IMG/VR virus record: IMGVR_UViG_3300023083_000001
Coordinates: 186,001 to 250,000 of that record
DNA length: 64,000 nucleotides
Direction: 5' to 3' (one strand)
Part shown: one piece after another, positions 18,194-27,872 of the stretch
Layout of the letters: each line of letters begins with the position of its first letter
How positions within the stretch are numbered: the stretch's first letter is position 1
The notes under the pieces: model-generated
Database searches by the model: none
Told to the model about the DNA's origin: nothing
Seen by the model: only the letters and a program-made list of their open reading frames with translations
Translations under genes and position numbers: made by a program

Positions 18194-19684
18194 ATGGAAT
18201 TGATTACTCAGGATATCCATGAACCTCGGCAACGGTATCCTGGTCGAAAAGGTATTTACCCCATCATCGAGAACTTCGATGACATCTTTCGTCGTCTAGA
18301 TATCCAGCCCGTGTTGGCTAATGACCTGGATCTGACAACAGATGCCGGTAAAGAACGATTCAATGATCTGGTCTATACGAAGTACGATGGTGACGTGTTC
18401 TCTAACGTTCCCGCTTGTCCATGTCGTTACACCAAAGGTGGTAGCAAGATCCGTCACAAGTGTGTCCGTTGTGGGCACTTAGTTCTACCGATTACCGAAC
18501 AGTCCATCGAACCCATTGTCTGGGTGCGTGTGCCTGACGAACTCCCTGCTTTCATGAACCTGACTGTGTACCGACTACTGCGTGCTCGTTTCACCAAGAG
18601 CGGCTTCAGCGTAATCGACTACATGCTCGACCCGAAATACCGTCCTCCGAAACTGGAAAGTATCGAGGAAAATCTGACCAAAGCAATATGCCCTGTGCGT
18701 GGGATTGTTTATTTCCACAAACACTTCGACAAGATCATCACTGCTCTGTGTGACCTCCGGCACTTTCAGTCGGCGACTCGCGGTGCTGTGACGCTCAAGT
18801 TCGTAGAAGCTCACCGAAAGCTCATATTCTGTAAGTACATTCCGTTCCCTTCCAAGATCGGTTTCATTGTAGAAGATGTCGGCGATCGTAAGTACGTTGA
18901 CCCGAAGATGGCGCCTGCTCTTAATGCGCTGATCTCTCTGGCTAACGTCACCAACGGCGGCCGTTCAGCAGTACGTGACATGGAGAGCCGTGTAGCCCGT
19001 GCCATTGGCAGTCTGGCGAACTACTACTCCAGCAACGAACACAGCAAGATCTTCGATAAGAAAGGTATCTTGCGCAAACTGGTGTATGGGGTAAGTCCAC
19101 ACTTTACCTTCCGTACGGTTATCACCAGTAACCATAAACCTCACGACCATGAATCTCTCGAGACTCCATGGGGTGCAACAGTCCTGACGCTCAAGTTGCA
19201 TTTGGCGAACAAGCTGTTGGCAGAACGTTATACGCCGAATGAAATCCTGACGCTGATCTACGATAACACTCTGCGTACGCACTACAAGCTGGAAGAGCTG
19301 ATCGATATACTGATCGCGGAAAGTCCGGGTGGACGTGGTATTCCGTGTGGCTTTACCCGATTCCCATCGCTGAAACGCGGTTCTACCCAACGGTTCTTCA
19401 TCAACCGGGTGAAACGTGATCCTACAGCGCTGAGTACATCGATTTCGGTATTGACGCTTATTGCGCCGAACGCTGACTTTGATGGCGATTACATGACTGG
19501 ACAACTCTGCCTGGATAACCAGACAGCCAGAGCGTTTGACCGGATGGCGCCGTACACTGGGATCATGGATCTCAAACGCCCATTCCGTGTGGGTAATCAT
19601 GCGTCCATCCCAGCGCCTGTTCTATCGACAATCAATGCCCGTCTAGAAGAGGGTGATGACCTGTCAGTACCTGTGGAGGATTGA
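18194..19684 (+). CDS. rpoC: Non-virion RNA polymerase beta' N-terminal subunit (phiKZ gp55-like)
   Basis: Catalytic NADFDGD; zinc site CPC...CVRC; RFPSL motif. Confidence 0.93.
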   Translation: MELITQDIHEPRQRYPGRKGIYPIIENFDDIFRRLDIQPVLANDLDLTTDAGKERFNDLVYTKYDGDVFSNVPACPCRYTKGGSKIRHKCVRCGHLVLPITEQSIEPIVWVRVPDELPAFMNLTVYRLLRARFTKSGFSVIDYMLDPKYRPPKLESIEENLTKAICPVRGIVYFHKHFDKIITALCDLRHFQSATRGAVTLKFVEAHRKLIFCKYIPFPSKIGFIVEDVGDRKYVDPKMAPALNALISLANVTNGGRSAVRDMESRVARAIGSLANYYSSNEHSKIFDKKGILRKLVYGVSPHFTFRTVITSNHKPHDHESLETPWGATVLTLKLHLANKLLAERYTPNEILTLIYDNTLRTHYKLEELIDILIAESPGGRGIPCGFTRFPSLKRGSTQRFFINRVKRDPTALSTSISVLTLIAPNADFDGDYMTGQLCLDNQTARAFDRMAPYTGIMDLKRPFRVGNHASIPAPVLSTINARLEEGDDLSVPVED

Positions 19685-19685
19685 A

Positions 19686-20303
19686 ATGGCATACCTGCTG
19701 AGCCAGGCCGACAATGACGTCATCCATGCGACGACCCATGGCCTGATTAATAATGACGATCTCGGTTTCTTACGGGAACGTATGAGTTCTACCATGCGGA
19801 CGATGGGGAACTTTGCATCGAAGTATCTGAACGAAGCGCGTGAGAAGTTGGAGAAGTTCGATCTGGGTCGCCTCCGGGATCGAGTGGAAGTCATGCGTGA
19901 TCGTTTCGGTCGTCGATGGGACGAGGATCGTATCCTCGAAGTGGTGGACCTTGGTGGTTTCCAGAATGCCAAGCCTACCATGCGGAAATACATCATGGCT
20001 GAACCAAGAACCCGTCGTCTCTATCACCAGGGACGTTTGGACGGCTATGGTAGTTTGTATCAGGATGACGAACCTGATTGCGTTGGGCGTGAACACACAG
20101 CGTATCGTGAGGTCATGCAAGGCGCATCGGTAGGTGATGAAGAGGAAGACCGCTTCGTGACTTACCTGGGATTGGAGACCGAGGAAGGTCACCCACTATC
20201 CCACGTCGAACGTACGGCAGTCCGTCGTACATGGGCTGAGCAGAAAGCAATCCTGGATCGCGGTAAACAAGATCCAACGAGCCCGCTGCGCAAGACCCTG
20301 TAA
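19686..20303 (+). CDS. Conserved Chimalliviridae core protein (possibly gp59/Imp3-like)
   Basis: GGAGG RBS; MRKYIMAEP..R.LY..GRLDGY motif; the Imp3 link is positional inference. Confidence 0.55.
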   Translation: MAYLLSQADNDVIHATTHGLINNDDLGFLRERMSSTMRTMGNFASKYLNEAREKLEKFDLGRLRDRVEVMRDRFGRRWDEDRILEVVDLGGFQNAKPTMRKYIMAEPRTRRLYHQGRLDGYGSLYQDDEPDCVGREHTAYREVMQGASVGDEEEDRFVTYLGLETEEGHPLSHVERTAVRRTWAEQKAILDRGKQDPTSPLRKTL

Positions 20304-20310
20304 CTGAAAA

Positions 20311-20342
20311 CGTACAGCCCGGTGAAAGCCGGGCTGTATGCC
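20311..20342 (+). terminator. Hairpin of the ACAGCCCGG family
   Basis: TACAGCCCGG-TGAAAG-CCGGGCTGTATG. Confidence 0.7.
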
Positions 20343-20366
20343 CTATCGATCATTAGGAGATCAGGC

Positions 20367-20741
20367 ATGTCCGAGATTATTCCAGGTAGTACCCTCAACA
20401 AACTCAAGGCTTCTGCGGAATTACTGCGTGACATGCAGTTTCATCCATTCGACCAAGAACCGACCAATTTCACCAACCCACTCAAGATCCCAGTGACCTT
20501 GGTGGTGAAGCCCGCTGAGACCACAGCCATCTTCGAAAATCTGGTTGAGGGTAATGTTTTCGAATTCACCGCTACCGACAAACAGAACCCGTCGAGTCGT
20601 TGTGTTGTAACGATGGGGTTCGCTATGGGTGATGCTGATCTATTGCTCCGTTACACCTACAGCGAGTTCCCTGTGGACTCTTCGGTGGTTATAAACGCCA
20701 TTGAAGACGGCGTCAAAGCCTGGCATGGGTTGATGAACTAA
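20367..20741 (+). CDS. Hypothetical protein
   Basis: AGGAGA RBS before ATG 20367. Confidence 0.7.
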   Translation: MSEIIPGSTLNKLKASAELLRDMQFHPFDQEPTNFTNPLKIPVTLVVKPAETTAIFENLVEGNVFEFTATDKQNPSSRCVVTMGFAMGDADLLLRYTYSEFPVDSSVVINAIEDGVKAWHGLMN

Positions 20742-20816
20742 CCCAATAAGGAGTTGAACGTGAACAAAGAGTACCACTTAACTTACCGCCATTTCCCAGC
20801 AACCCAGGAGATTTCT

Positions 20817-21353
20817 ATGAAAACCGAAACAGAAGATCTTGACATCAATCATCCAGGTCCACTCACGGCTGCTGATATCCCAGCCTGGGTCCGTCGTCAA
20901 GTCCTCGGGCATTCGCAACGCGAAACTGCGCCAGATCAACTTGAAGATGGTTATTGGGATCAGCTTCAACGTGACATTGTAAATCGTTACAACGGCCGTA
21001 CTCCAGACGGAACGGAACAAGACTTCGTGATCAGCGAAGCGCAAACGCAGATCCAGATGTTACGTCAAGGCGTAAGCCACGAGTTCGGCTCAAGCCTGCG
21101 TGAAGACAACACTTTGGCCGACCTGCTTAATAGCAACGAAGTCGCTTCAGCTAAGGTTGAAGTCTACACCGGCGCCGAAGCGATCGAATCGTACCGCAAG
21201 AAGATGGAAGGCCTGACGCCAGAACAAGTCGAGTTCATGACCAACCTCGGTTGTGGACCTGATGACGTCGTGACAGTTACTCACGTTGCAGATTCCGGCC
21301 AGCGTATCCTTGACGTCCAGCACGGTAACACCACGACCAGCATCAAGCCGTAA
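20817..21353 (+). CDS. Hypothetical protein
   Basis: AGGAGA RBS before ATG 20817. Confidence 0.7.
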   Translation: MKTETEDLDINHPGPLTAADIPAWVRRQVLGHSQRETAPDQLEDGYWDQLQRDIVNRYNGRTPDGTEQDFVISEAQTQIQMLRQGVSHEFGSSLREDNTLADLLNSNEVASAKVEVYTGAEAIESYRKKMEGLTPEQVEFMTNLGCGPDDVVTVTHVADSGQRILDVQHGNTTTSIKP

Positions 21354-21392
21354 GGAATGGTTTGAACGTTACCGATATCAAGGAGTAATCCA

Positions 21393-21713
21393 ATGACTCT
21401 GCAACAACTATCTGCCATGTTTCTGTTGGCAGGGATCGAAGTCAAAAGTGTTGTCTCCATTCCTAACGAGTATGTCAGGGATGCAACAGACAGTCCTTGG
21501 TGGTTAGTGGGGACTTCAATGGGTCTGATCAAGATCGGTTGGAGACGCCGTGTCATCAACATCGATTGGTCACAAACCAATCGGCGCGGTATCTGCACGC
21601 AAGACGAAGTGACTAAGGGTGACGATCATGTCCACGCTTATAGTCATGGCAAAGCCGTGCAGTATTTGAGTGACCTATACCGTCACGTCCCAGTCTTCAA
21701 GGAACCCGTGTAA
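21393..21713 (+). CDS. Hypothetical phage protein
   Basis: AAGGAG RBS; PWWLV...IKIGWRRRVINIDW motif. Confidence 0.75.
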   Translation: MTLQQLSAMFLLAGIEVKSVVSIPNEYVRDATDSPWWLVGTSMGLIKIGWRRRVINIDWSQTNRRGICTQDEVTKGDDHVHAYSHGKAVQYLSDLYRHVPVFKEPV

Positions 21714-22045
21714 TGTCAAGCGACAAGAACGAACAAGTGGAAGAGCTGGAAATCTCTATCAAAGGGACTCCAGAACAGATCGATGCGATGTTGGAAAGTG
21801 GCGATCTACAAACGGCGATCTCTTCAGTCACCGCAGAGTTTGACGCTGAAACTGAGGAAACTCATGTCCACGCGCTGGTATCTCTGACTTACAACGGCCT
21901 CGTGACTAAAGAAGTCGCAGGCGAGCTGCTGGAGAGCGCACTGGAACACGTCCGTGAAGAAGGCATGTTGTCTGACCCGGAATGGCTGAACGACCCTGCC
22001 ACCGAAGAACTGGCTTGCGACGAAATCAAAGTTCGTATCCTTTAA
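21713..22045 (+). CDS. Acidic hypothetical protein
   Basis: TAATG coupling, 110 aa. Confidence 0.7.
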   Translation: MSSDKNEQVEELEISIKGTPEQIDAMLESGDLQTAISSVTAEFDAETEETHVHALVSLTYNGLVTKEVAGELLESALEHVREEGMLSDPEWLNDPATEELACDEIKVRIL

Positions 22046-22132
22046 GGAGGTGATCATGAATACGTTCTATTGGTTGATCTACACACGTTGCCCTCTTCCA
22101 TGTCGGGAGAGGGGCGTAAGTGGATCAACAAC

Positions 22133-22387
22133 ATGTCGAGTGATAAAACCAAAAGTCAACAGCGGCGTAAAGTAGATTCATTAGCTGTGGTTAAACAGCT
22201 GACCATTTGTAAGTATCACAACGCATCGGTAACTATTCCTCTGGGGCGGTTACGTAAGAGCCATGCGTTGAATTGCGGTAGGTCGCACTGCAAGCTGTGC
22301 AGTAATCCACGTAGGACTTGGGGTCGGTTGACCTTACCTGAAATTAAAGCGAATGAAGCCTTTCGATACGCGCTTATTCAATCGTAG
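22133..22387 (+). CDS. Small basic Cys/His protein (start uncertain)
   Basis: H...CGRSHCKLCSNPRR, putative zinc site. Confidence 0.55.
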   Translation: MSSDKTKSQQRRKVDSLAVVKQLTICKYHNASVTIPLGRLRKSHALNCGRSHCKLCSNPRRTWGRLTLPEIKANEAFRYALIQS

Positions 22388-22397
22388 GGGAATACGA

Positions 22398-22613
22398 ATG
22401 TCTGGGTGTGAAAGGTGTGTTGGGAAAATGAACATTCTCTTGAGGATTGGTGAGTTGTCCCACGAGAAAAGGCTGTCAGATGAACAGCACGAACCTTTTG
22501 TATTGTACGAAACGCGTATGAATGAGGAGAGTGTATTGGTTATCGAACCAATGTACGGAGACAGGCTTTCAGTAACGCTGATTGTAGGTAACACGCAAAT
22601 CCGTACCGTCTAG
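22398..22613 (+). CDS. Hypothetical protein (start uncertain)
   Basis: Fills the gap before a terminator. Confidence 0.45.
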   Translation: MSGCERCVGKMNILLRIGELSHEKRLSDEQHEPFVLYETRMNEESVLVIEPMYGDRLSVTLIVGNTQIRTV

Positions 22614-22615
22614 CA

Positions 22616-22662
22616 GCATACACCCCCAGGCGAAAGCCTGGGGGTGGTCTGTTCTTTTTTTT
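22616..22662 (+). terminator. Intrinsic terminator
   Basis: CACCCCCAGGC-GAAA-GCCTGGGGGTG plus T-run. Confidence 0.85.
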
Positions 22663-22704
22663 GTTTACGCAATCAGCATATCCTGTATAGAGCAGGAGTT
22701 TATA

Positions 22705-23106
22705 ATGAAAACGTCGAGTATAGGTCCAATCGCCAATCCATTGACTTCATTGGTGGTCACTGATGAAAGATTCGTCAAAGTTAGAGATGAGTCAGGCGTA
22801 CACTACGCACTGAACGTCAATACACCGTCCGAAGTTATCATGGCCGCCAATCAGATATTTGCCAAACACGTAGTCCTCCCCTACAACGAGATGGTTATTA
22901 AAGCGTTGTTGACCCATCCGGTTCACGGGAAGATTTTCATAGTGACTGCATTAGAAGAAGAATTATACAACCCACAGTCCGTAGCTGTTCGTTACAACTT
23001 ACCGCCTGAAAGATTATTCCCTTTGCGTGAATGGTGGGGTACCATCGTGAATATGCTGTTCGATTACCAAAATCTGTTCGCGGAAGACAACGCGCAACTC
23101 AAATAG
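22705..23106 (+). CDS. Hypothetical protein
   Basis: AGGAG RBS, 133 aa. Confidence 0.7.
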   Translation: MKTSSIGPIANPLTSLVVTDERFVKVRDESGVHYALNVNTPSEVIMAANQIFAKHVVLPYNEMVIKALLTHPVHGKIFIVTALEEELYNPQSVAVRYNLPPERLFPLREWWGTIVNMLFDYQNLFAEDNAQLK

Positions 23107-23138
23107 GATGTCCTGCTTAATCACCCGAGTACATCCTC

Positions 23139-23564
23139 ATGTCAGTCAACGTAATCACGCTAGGTAAAGAAGGTAAGCTTGATGATCCCGATCTGAAGAT
23201 CGACTACATCATGAACTGCTACTTCTTCTCCAAGTACAGCCAGTCCACCTTGTTTGCAGGTAAGATCACTTCACTGACTAAAGTCATCCAGATGTACGGT
23301 GATGACGCCATCAGTATCCGTAAGGAAGTAGAAGAGTCCCTGCAAGCATTCTTGAACAAGTTCTTCACCACAGCCAGTGTTGAAGTGACTGTGGAAGATA
23401 CCGGAGTAAACCCTGGTATTAAATTACAAATCAATGCAATAGTAAGCGACGGAGCAAGCATCTCACCTAATTCGTATAGCGTGGGTTATTCGCTCATGGT
23501 CAAGGATTCGACTCTTAAGTCCATCCTCAATATCCAGACCCGTCAAGAACTTCTCGATAGTTAA
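23139..23564 (+). CDS. Conserved phiKZ-like protein (gp62-like; possible baseplate gp25-type fold)
   Basis: K.DY...YFF.S.YSQS.LF.G.I.SL motif and position. Confidence 0.55.
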   Translation: MSVNVITLGKEGKLDDPDLKIDYIMNCYFFSKYSQSTLFAGKITSLTKVIQMYGDDAISIRKEVEESLQAFLNKFFTTASVEVTVEDTGVNPGIKLQINAIVSDGASISPNSYSVGYSLMVKDSTLKSILNIQTRQELLDS

Positions 23565-23590
23565 ACAACCCGCGTAAGGAAAGCCCTACA

Positions 23591-24115
23591 ATGTCGCAAA
23601 AACACATCGCTAAAGGCCGCAAGTTCCCGAAGACTTCGGATGAGCTGCACATGTTCATCGCCGAATCCTTCCGCGACTTGCTGGCTGTTCCAGAAAACGG
23701 CGCGATCTTCGCTAACACAGTGCTTCACGCCCAACTGAGCGCACTGACCGCCAATCGTGAACACGAACAACGTGCGCAGACCGCGATCGTCCTGGTCAAG
23801 ACCGAATACCCACAGTGCGTACGCGCTACAGTCACCGCGCCAGTCGTTGAAGGCGAGCTGCTGAGCGTTACCCTGGAAGTGCGTGACAACGGTCCTGAAA
23901 GCGACTGGGTCGACGCTGGCAAGCTCTACACCAAGGAAGCACTGGACAACGTCGGCAAGCTGGTTCTGTCCCAGACCGCCACACCAGGCGATCAGTGGTA
24001 CGTGACCACCAACCACGCTGTCGATAAGGCGCGTGAGCAGGTCAGCCAGATGATGCTGGAACAAGCCGATGCACTGGCAGCAATGACGGCTGAAGCTCCA
24101 GCGTCCGTCAACTGA
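23591..24115 (+). CDS. Hypothetical protein with highly expressed codon bias
   Basis: TAAGGA RBS, 174 aa. Confidence 0.75.
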   Translation: MSQKHIAKGRKFPKTSDELHMFIAESFRDLLAVPENGAIFANTVLHAQLSALTANREHEQRAQTAIVLVKTEYPQCVRATVTAPVVEGELLSVTLEVRDNGPESDWVDAGKLYTKEALDNVGKLVLSQTATPGDQWYVTTNHAVDKAREQVSQMMLEQADALAAMTAEAPASVN

Positions 24116-24176
24116 TCCGTCATTCCCGGCCAACTACCAGAGAGGATAAAACCTCTCTGGTCAGTCAGAGGTTTTT

Positions 24177-24845
24177 ATGTCCGAAGCTGAAGATAACAAA
24201 GTAAAAGAACCGATAGACCCAGCATCTGATCATTACCGTGAGATCATCAACACCGGCCTCGAGCATATGACCGAAGCCGCGAAAGAGATCAATGGTTTTG
24301 TTGCACAGCGCAAGCGTGTGGTGCCTGAGGGTTTCTTCATCAACATGTTGCTGCCGATCATTCGTGCACACATCCGCCAAGAACATCCCGTGGAATTGGG
24401 ATACTGGCTGAACGTGGCCGACGGCATGCACAACACCATCGACGTGCATGATGACAAAGATCCAGCGAAAATCCTCTTCACCGTACCACCTGCTTTCAAC
24501 AACTTACCTGACCGTGACAAGAAACCAGAAACGGGTAAGCGCTTCGGCACTATCGCGCAGCTGGTTAACGCTCAGGCGGGCATGCTGGACAATGGCGACA
24601 CTCGCGGTAGCATGGCTATTGATAACGAACTCAACGCTATCTGTGCTCCCCGTCCCGAAGATGACGAGAAGACCAAAAACCTGTTACTCCTGGTTGAGAT
24701 CTACGAGCGATACGAGCTTCCTCTAGAAGAACTCCTCGGATCAGCGGCCGACGAAATTCGTCAGCTACTCCGAAAGCGCGACGGCAAAGTTGTACAGGGA
24801 ACTACAAATGACGGCGATGACGAAGAGCCACCCCTCCTCTACTAA
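24177..24845 (+). CDS. Conserved phiKZ-like protein (gp64-like)
   Basis: PE..F....LP and LFTVPP motifs; directly upstream of sbcD. Confidence 0.6.
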   Translation: MSEAEDNKVKEPIDPASDHYREIINTGLEHMTEAAKEINGFVAQRKRVVPEGFFINMLLPIIRAHIRQEHPVELGYWLNVADGMHNTIDVHDDKDPAKILFTVPPAFNNLPDRDKKPETGKRFGTIAQLVNAQAGMLDNGDTRGSMAIDNELNAICAPRPEDDEKTKNLLLLVEIYERYELPLEELLGSAADEIRQLLRKRDGKVVQGTTNDGDDEEPPLLY

Positions 24846-25989
24846 CGCCATCACCAAAGTAATCCTGGGGGAGTTTCTATTTTCCCCCAGAGTTGCAGGT
24901 GAGATCAGGATCTCCAACATCAGTGACGTCCATCTTGGTCATGGACGTGTACCGACGGCAAAGATCCTTGATTGGTGGGAGCAGGTCTATACCCCAAAGA
25001 TGCTCGATTGCCTGGACGTCATTATTGTCTCAGGTGATTTGTTTGACCGCCGTCTACCCCATGACGGTGATGATGCAAAACTGATTGCCCGCTGGGCAGG
25101 TCGTTTCCTAAGACGTCTGGTCAAACACGGTGTAGCCCTCAGGATCCTGGAAGGCACACCAAGCCACGACAACCGTCAGTCCAGATGGTTAGTCGACTAC
25201 AACGAAATGATGCACCTGGCAGCCGATGTCAAGTTCTACGAGTGCATCACAATCGATGAACTGATCCCTGGTGGTCCGTCCGTCCTTTATATACCGGACG
25301 AAGTCAACCACGATGCCAACCAGACCTGGATCGAAGTCCAGGAGTACATGCGTGAGCATGACTACAAGACCGTCGACTTTGCCGTGATGCACGGTATGTT
25401 CACGTTTCAGGAACCGATCAAGAGTATCGCGAGCCACTTGGAAGATCGGTATGAATCGATTGTGAACCACCGCATCATGATTGGACATCACCACACGCAT
25501 GTCCAGTCTGGCAAGATTGTCGTCCCAGGATCTACCGAACGTCTAAGACACAATGAGGAAGAGGATAAAGGACATTACCAGTTCACCTTCTCCAAAGAGC
25601 GTGGTTTGTTCGATGAGTATTTTATCATCAACTCCCAAGCTACTGTGTTCACAACGTTTGATGTCGAAGGCTGGTCGTACAAGAAGGTCCACGATCTGCT
25701 CCAGAAACACGATCATCTGCCTAATGGTTCAAACCTGAGGCTTAAGCTTAGTCGTAAGGACGATGCCTACATCAGCTTTAATAAGTTGAAATCAGATTTC
25801 CCTCATTTCAAACTCGAGCACAAAATGGTCGAGCTGGAAGAGCAGGAGAAAGAAGTCGTAGAACTGATCGACCGCCCGGTCATGACGTCGATCCGTCCTG
25901 ACACCTTACGTGCATTGCTGGAACCTAAGCTCAGCGGTATATCGGCAGAGATCAGGGCAGCAGTCGATAAGGCGTTAGAAACCTGTTGA
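24808..25989 (+). CDS. sbcD: SbcD/Mre11-like metallophosphoesterase nuclease
   Basis: SDVHLG, GDLFD, GTPSHD, MHG, GHHH and PGS motifs. Confidence 0.88.
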   Translation: MTAMTKSHPSSTNAITKVILGEFLFSPRVAGEIRISNISDVHLGHGRVPTAKILDWWEQVYTPKMLDCLDVIIVSGDLFDRRLPHDGDDAKLIARWAGRFLRRLVKHGVALRILEGTPSHDNRQSRWLVDYNEMMHLAADVKFYECITIDELIPGGPSVLYIPDEVNHDANQTWIEVQEYMREHDYKTVDFAVMHGMFTFQEPIKSIASHLEDRYESIVNHRIMIGHHHTHVQSGKIVVPGSTERLRHNEEEDKGHYQFTFSKERGLFDEYFIINSQATVFTTFDVEGWSYKKVHDLLQKHDHLPNGSNLRLKLSRKDDAYISFNKLKSDFPHFKLEHKMVELEEQEKEVVELIDRPVMTSIRPDTLRALLEPKLSGISAEIRAAVDKALETC

Positions 25990-26007
25990 TCCAAGGAGTG
26001 TCTGCTC

Positions 26008-26862
26008 GTGTCTGTTGATTCCATCTCTCGGGATACTCTGGCGGCAAGAGCCGTCGGACAATTCCCTATTTCGATTGCTACCAGTCTGGCTATTGAGTCA
26101 GCAGTAGGTATTTTACCTGAGGCGCCAACAGACTCTCCTGAAATCAAGAAGCGTCAGTTGTTGATGGTAAACGTCAGAACGCTGATCCGTAATCTGTACG
26201 GGTCGGTAGATAAAGAACAAAAGTCTAAGTTGGAAGAGTACACGATCGCTGAATGTATTGCCGGAGAGATGCGGGCTATTGAAGCCATTGTCGCAGAACA
26301 CTCCGATGGTCGTTGCAGTTGTGTGTTCTACTTCTGCTCCCACTTGGACGCGCCTCGTCGTTTCATGAAAGCGATCCTCAAGTCTCCCAGCACTGTCGGC
26401 CAGCAGATGTATCAAGCATCGGAAGCTGCAATCGTCAAGTACCTGGACACGGAGTTTGCGTCTACTGCTCCGATCACTCATTACGTGAGTGACTTCCCGG
26501 ACATCAACCTCAACACGTTGATTATGACGCATTATCCGATCGACCTGCTGCAACGGTATAAGTTTGCCTCTCTAATGCTCTTAGAATCACACACAGGCGC
26601 TCTCAAGCCGCCTATGATGTGGAATACCAAACTACAGAACGGTAGAGAGCTGGAAATTATTCCGTTTGACCGCATGACACTTCAGATGTTTGGTGATGGT
26701 GTCTTGTTTACGCCAATGCCAACAAAGATCCGAAAGGTCATGTTGGAGATTGCTGCGCAGAACATGTGGACACCAGGTACTACTAAGGATCTGGCGATCT
26801 ACTCGGTTGAGAAACACCACGATCCGGCACTCACGGTCTTGGTGAAAGAGATGTACAGGTAA
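26008..26862 (+). CDS. Conserved core protein (phiKZ gp66-like)
   Basis: AAGGAG RBS; G.FPISIATS.A.E and LLESHTG motifs; sits between sbcD and chmC. Confidence 0.65.
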   Translation: MSVDSISRDTLAARAVGQFPISIATSLAIESAVGILPEAPTDSPEIKKRQLLMVNVRTLIRNLYGSVDKEQKSKLEEYTIAECIAGEMRAIEAIVAEHSDGRCSCVFYFCSHLDAPRRFMKAILKSPSTVGQQMYQASEAAIVKYLDTEFASTAPITHYVSDFPDINLNTLIMTHYPIDLLQRYKFASLMLLESHTGALKPPMMWNTKLQNGRELEIIPFDRMTLQMFGDGVLFTPMPTKIRKVMLEIAAQNMWTPGTTKDLAIYSVEKHHDPALTVLVKEMYR

Positions 26863-26921
26863 TAAGTTAAATAACCGGACAATGGAATGTCCACGTAATC
26901 CACCCTCAGGTATTAAAGAAA

Positions 26922-27716
26922 ATGGCTGACGACAGAAAACCCCGCAAAGACCCCACAGCGATTGACGACGGCAAACTCAAGCTGTTCGCCAAGCCGTTGA
27001 AAGATGATGGCTCAGCGCGCGCTCCATCCCTGCGGGTGAAGATGATCGAGAACAATCCATGCATCCACGTGGACCTCGGCATCAAGACTGAAGGGCGCAA
27101 CGGTAAAGAAGGCTACCCGATCTCGATCGAAACGCCGATGGAACCTCGTTCTTTCAACATGTTGATGTGCATCATCATGGACGTAGCGGCCGCCAAAGGC
27201 GCCTGCTCGTTGGAAATGGAAAACTGGGGTCACCCATTCCTCTGGAACAAAGATCAGGGTAAGAACGTCCGTTCTCCTGAGCGCATGATCATTTCCCGCT
27301 TCTGCATCTCCAAACGTGACGACGGCATGGTCACCTTCGGCGTTGCTGCTAAAGGCAAGCAGGACGTAACGTTCGAGTTCACTCCGAACGAATTCCACGC
27401 GTTGACTCAGAACGGTCAAGCGGTCGGTGTTTCCATCTCCTCCAAGCTCGCAGCACAAGCCTGGGCCGGTGTCTGGAAAGATCTGTACGTAACACACTTC
27501 GAACGGAACTGGGTAGAACCTGAGTTCATGAAGAAGCGTCGTCTGGAAAACATGCAACGCGCTAATGGCGGTGGCAGCGGCTACAACAGCGCACCTGCTG
27601 GCGGTGGTCAGCAACAGCGTCCACAGCAACAGAACAATTACCAGCAACAACCTACAGCGCCTGCTGGCGGCGGTGGCGTACCTGACTTCGACGTAGGGGA
27701 AGATATCCCTTTCTGA
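26922..27716 (+). CDS. chmC: ChmC-like nucleus-associated RNA-binding protein (phiKZ gp67/Imp6 position)
   Basis: Directly upstream of the sigma-like subunit; beta-rich domain followed by a G/Q/N-rich disordered tail. Confidence 0.65.
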   Translation: MADDRKPRKDPTAIDDGKLKLFAKPLKDDGSARAPSLRVKMIENNPCIHVDLGIKTEGRNGKEGYPISIETPMEPRSFNMLMCIIMDVAAAKGACSLEMENWGHPFLWNKDQGKNVRSPERMIISRFCISKRDDGMVTFGVAAKGKQDVTFEFTPNEFHALTQNGQAVGVSISSKLAAQAWAGVWKDLYVTHFERNWVEPEFMKKRRLENMQRANGGGSGYNSAPAGGGQQQRPQQQNNYQQQPTAPAGGGGVPDFDVGEDIPF

Positions 27717-27760
27717 TCTGAAGACCATCAAATTAAACTACTGACGGCCTAGAAGCCTTG

Positions 27761-27804
27761 CCACACAGACACCGAACAGGGTCTGTGTGGTGGGGGTTTA
27801 TGCC
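27761..27804 (+). terminator. Hairpin after chmC
   Basis: CCACACAGAC...GTCTGTGTGG, then TTTATGC. Confidence 0.65.
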
Positions 27805-27819
27805 GCCTTAGTGTAAATC

Positions 27820-27846
27820 TTTACAACCATACATCATAACTATGAA
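27820..27846 (+). promoter_or_regulatory. Putative early promoter of the gp68-picA-gp70 operon
   Basis: TTTACAACCATACATCATAACTATGAA. Confidence 0.6.
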
Positions 27847-27872
27847 CAGCACCATATATAAGGATCAGTTGG

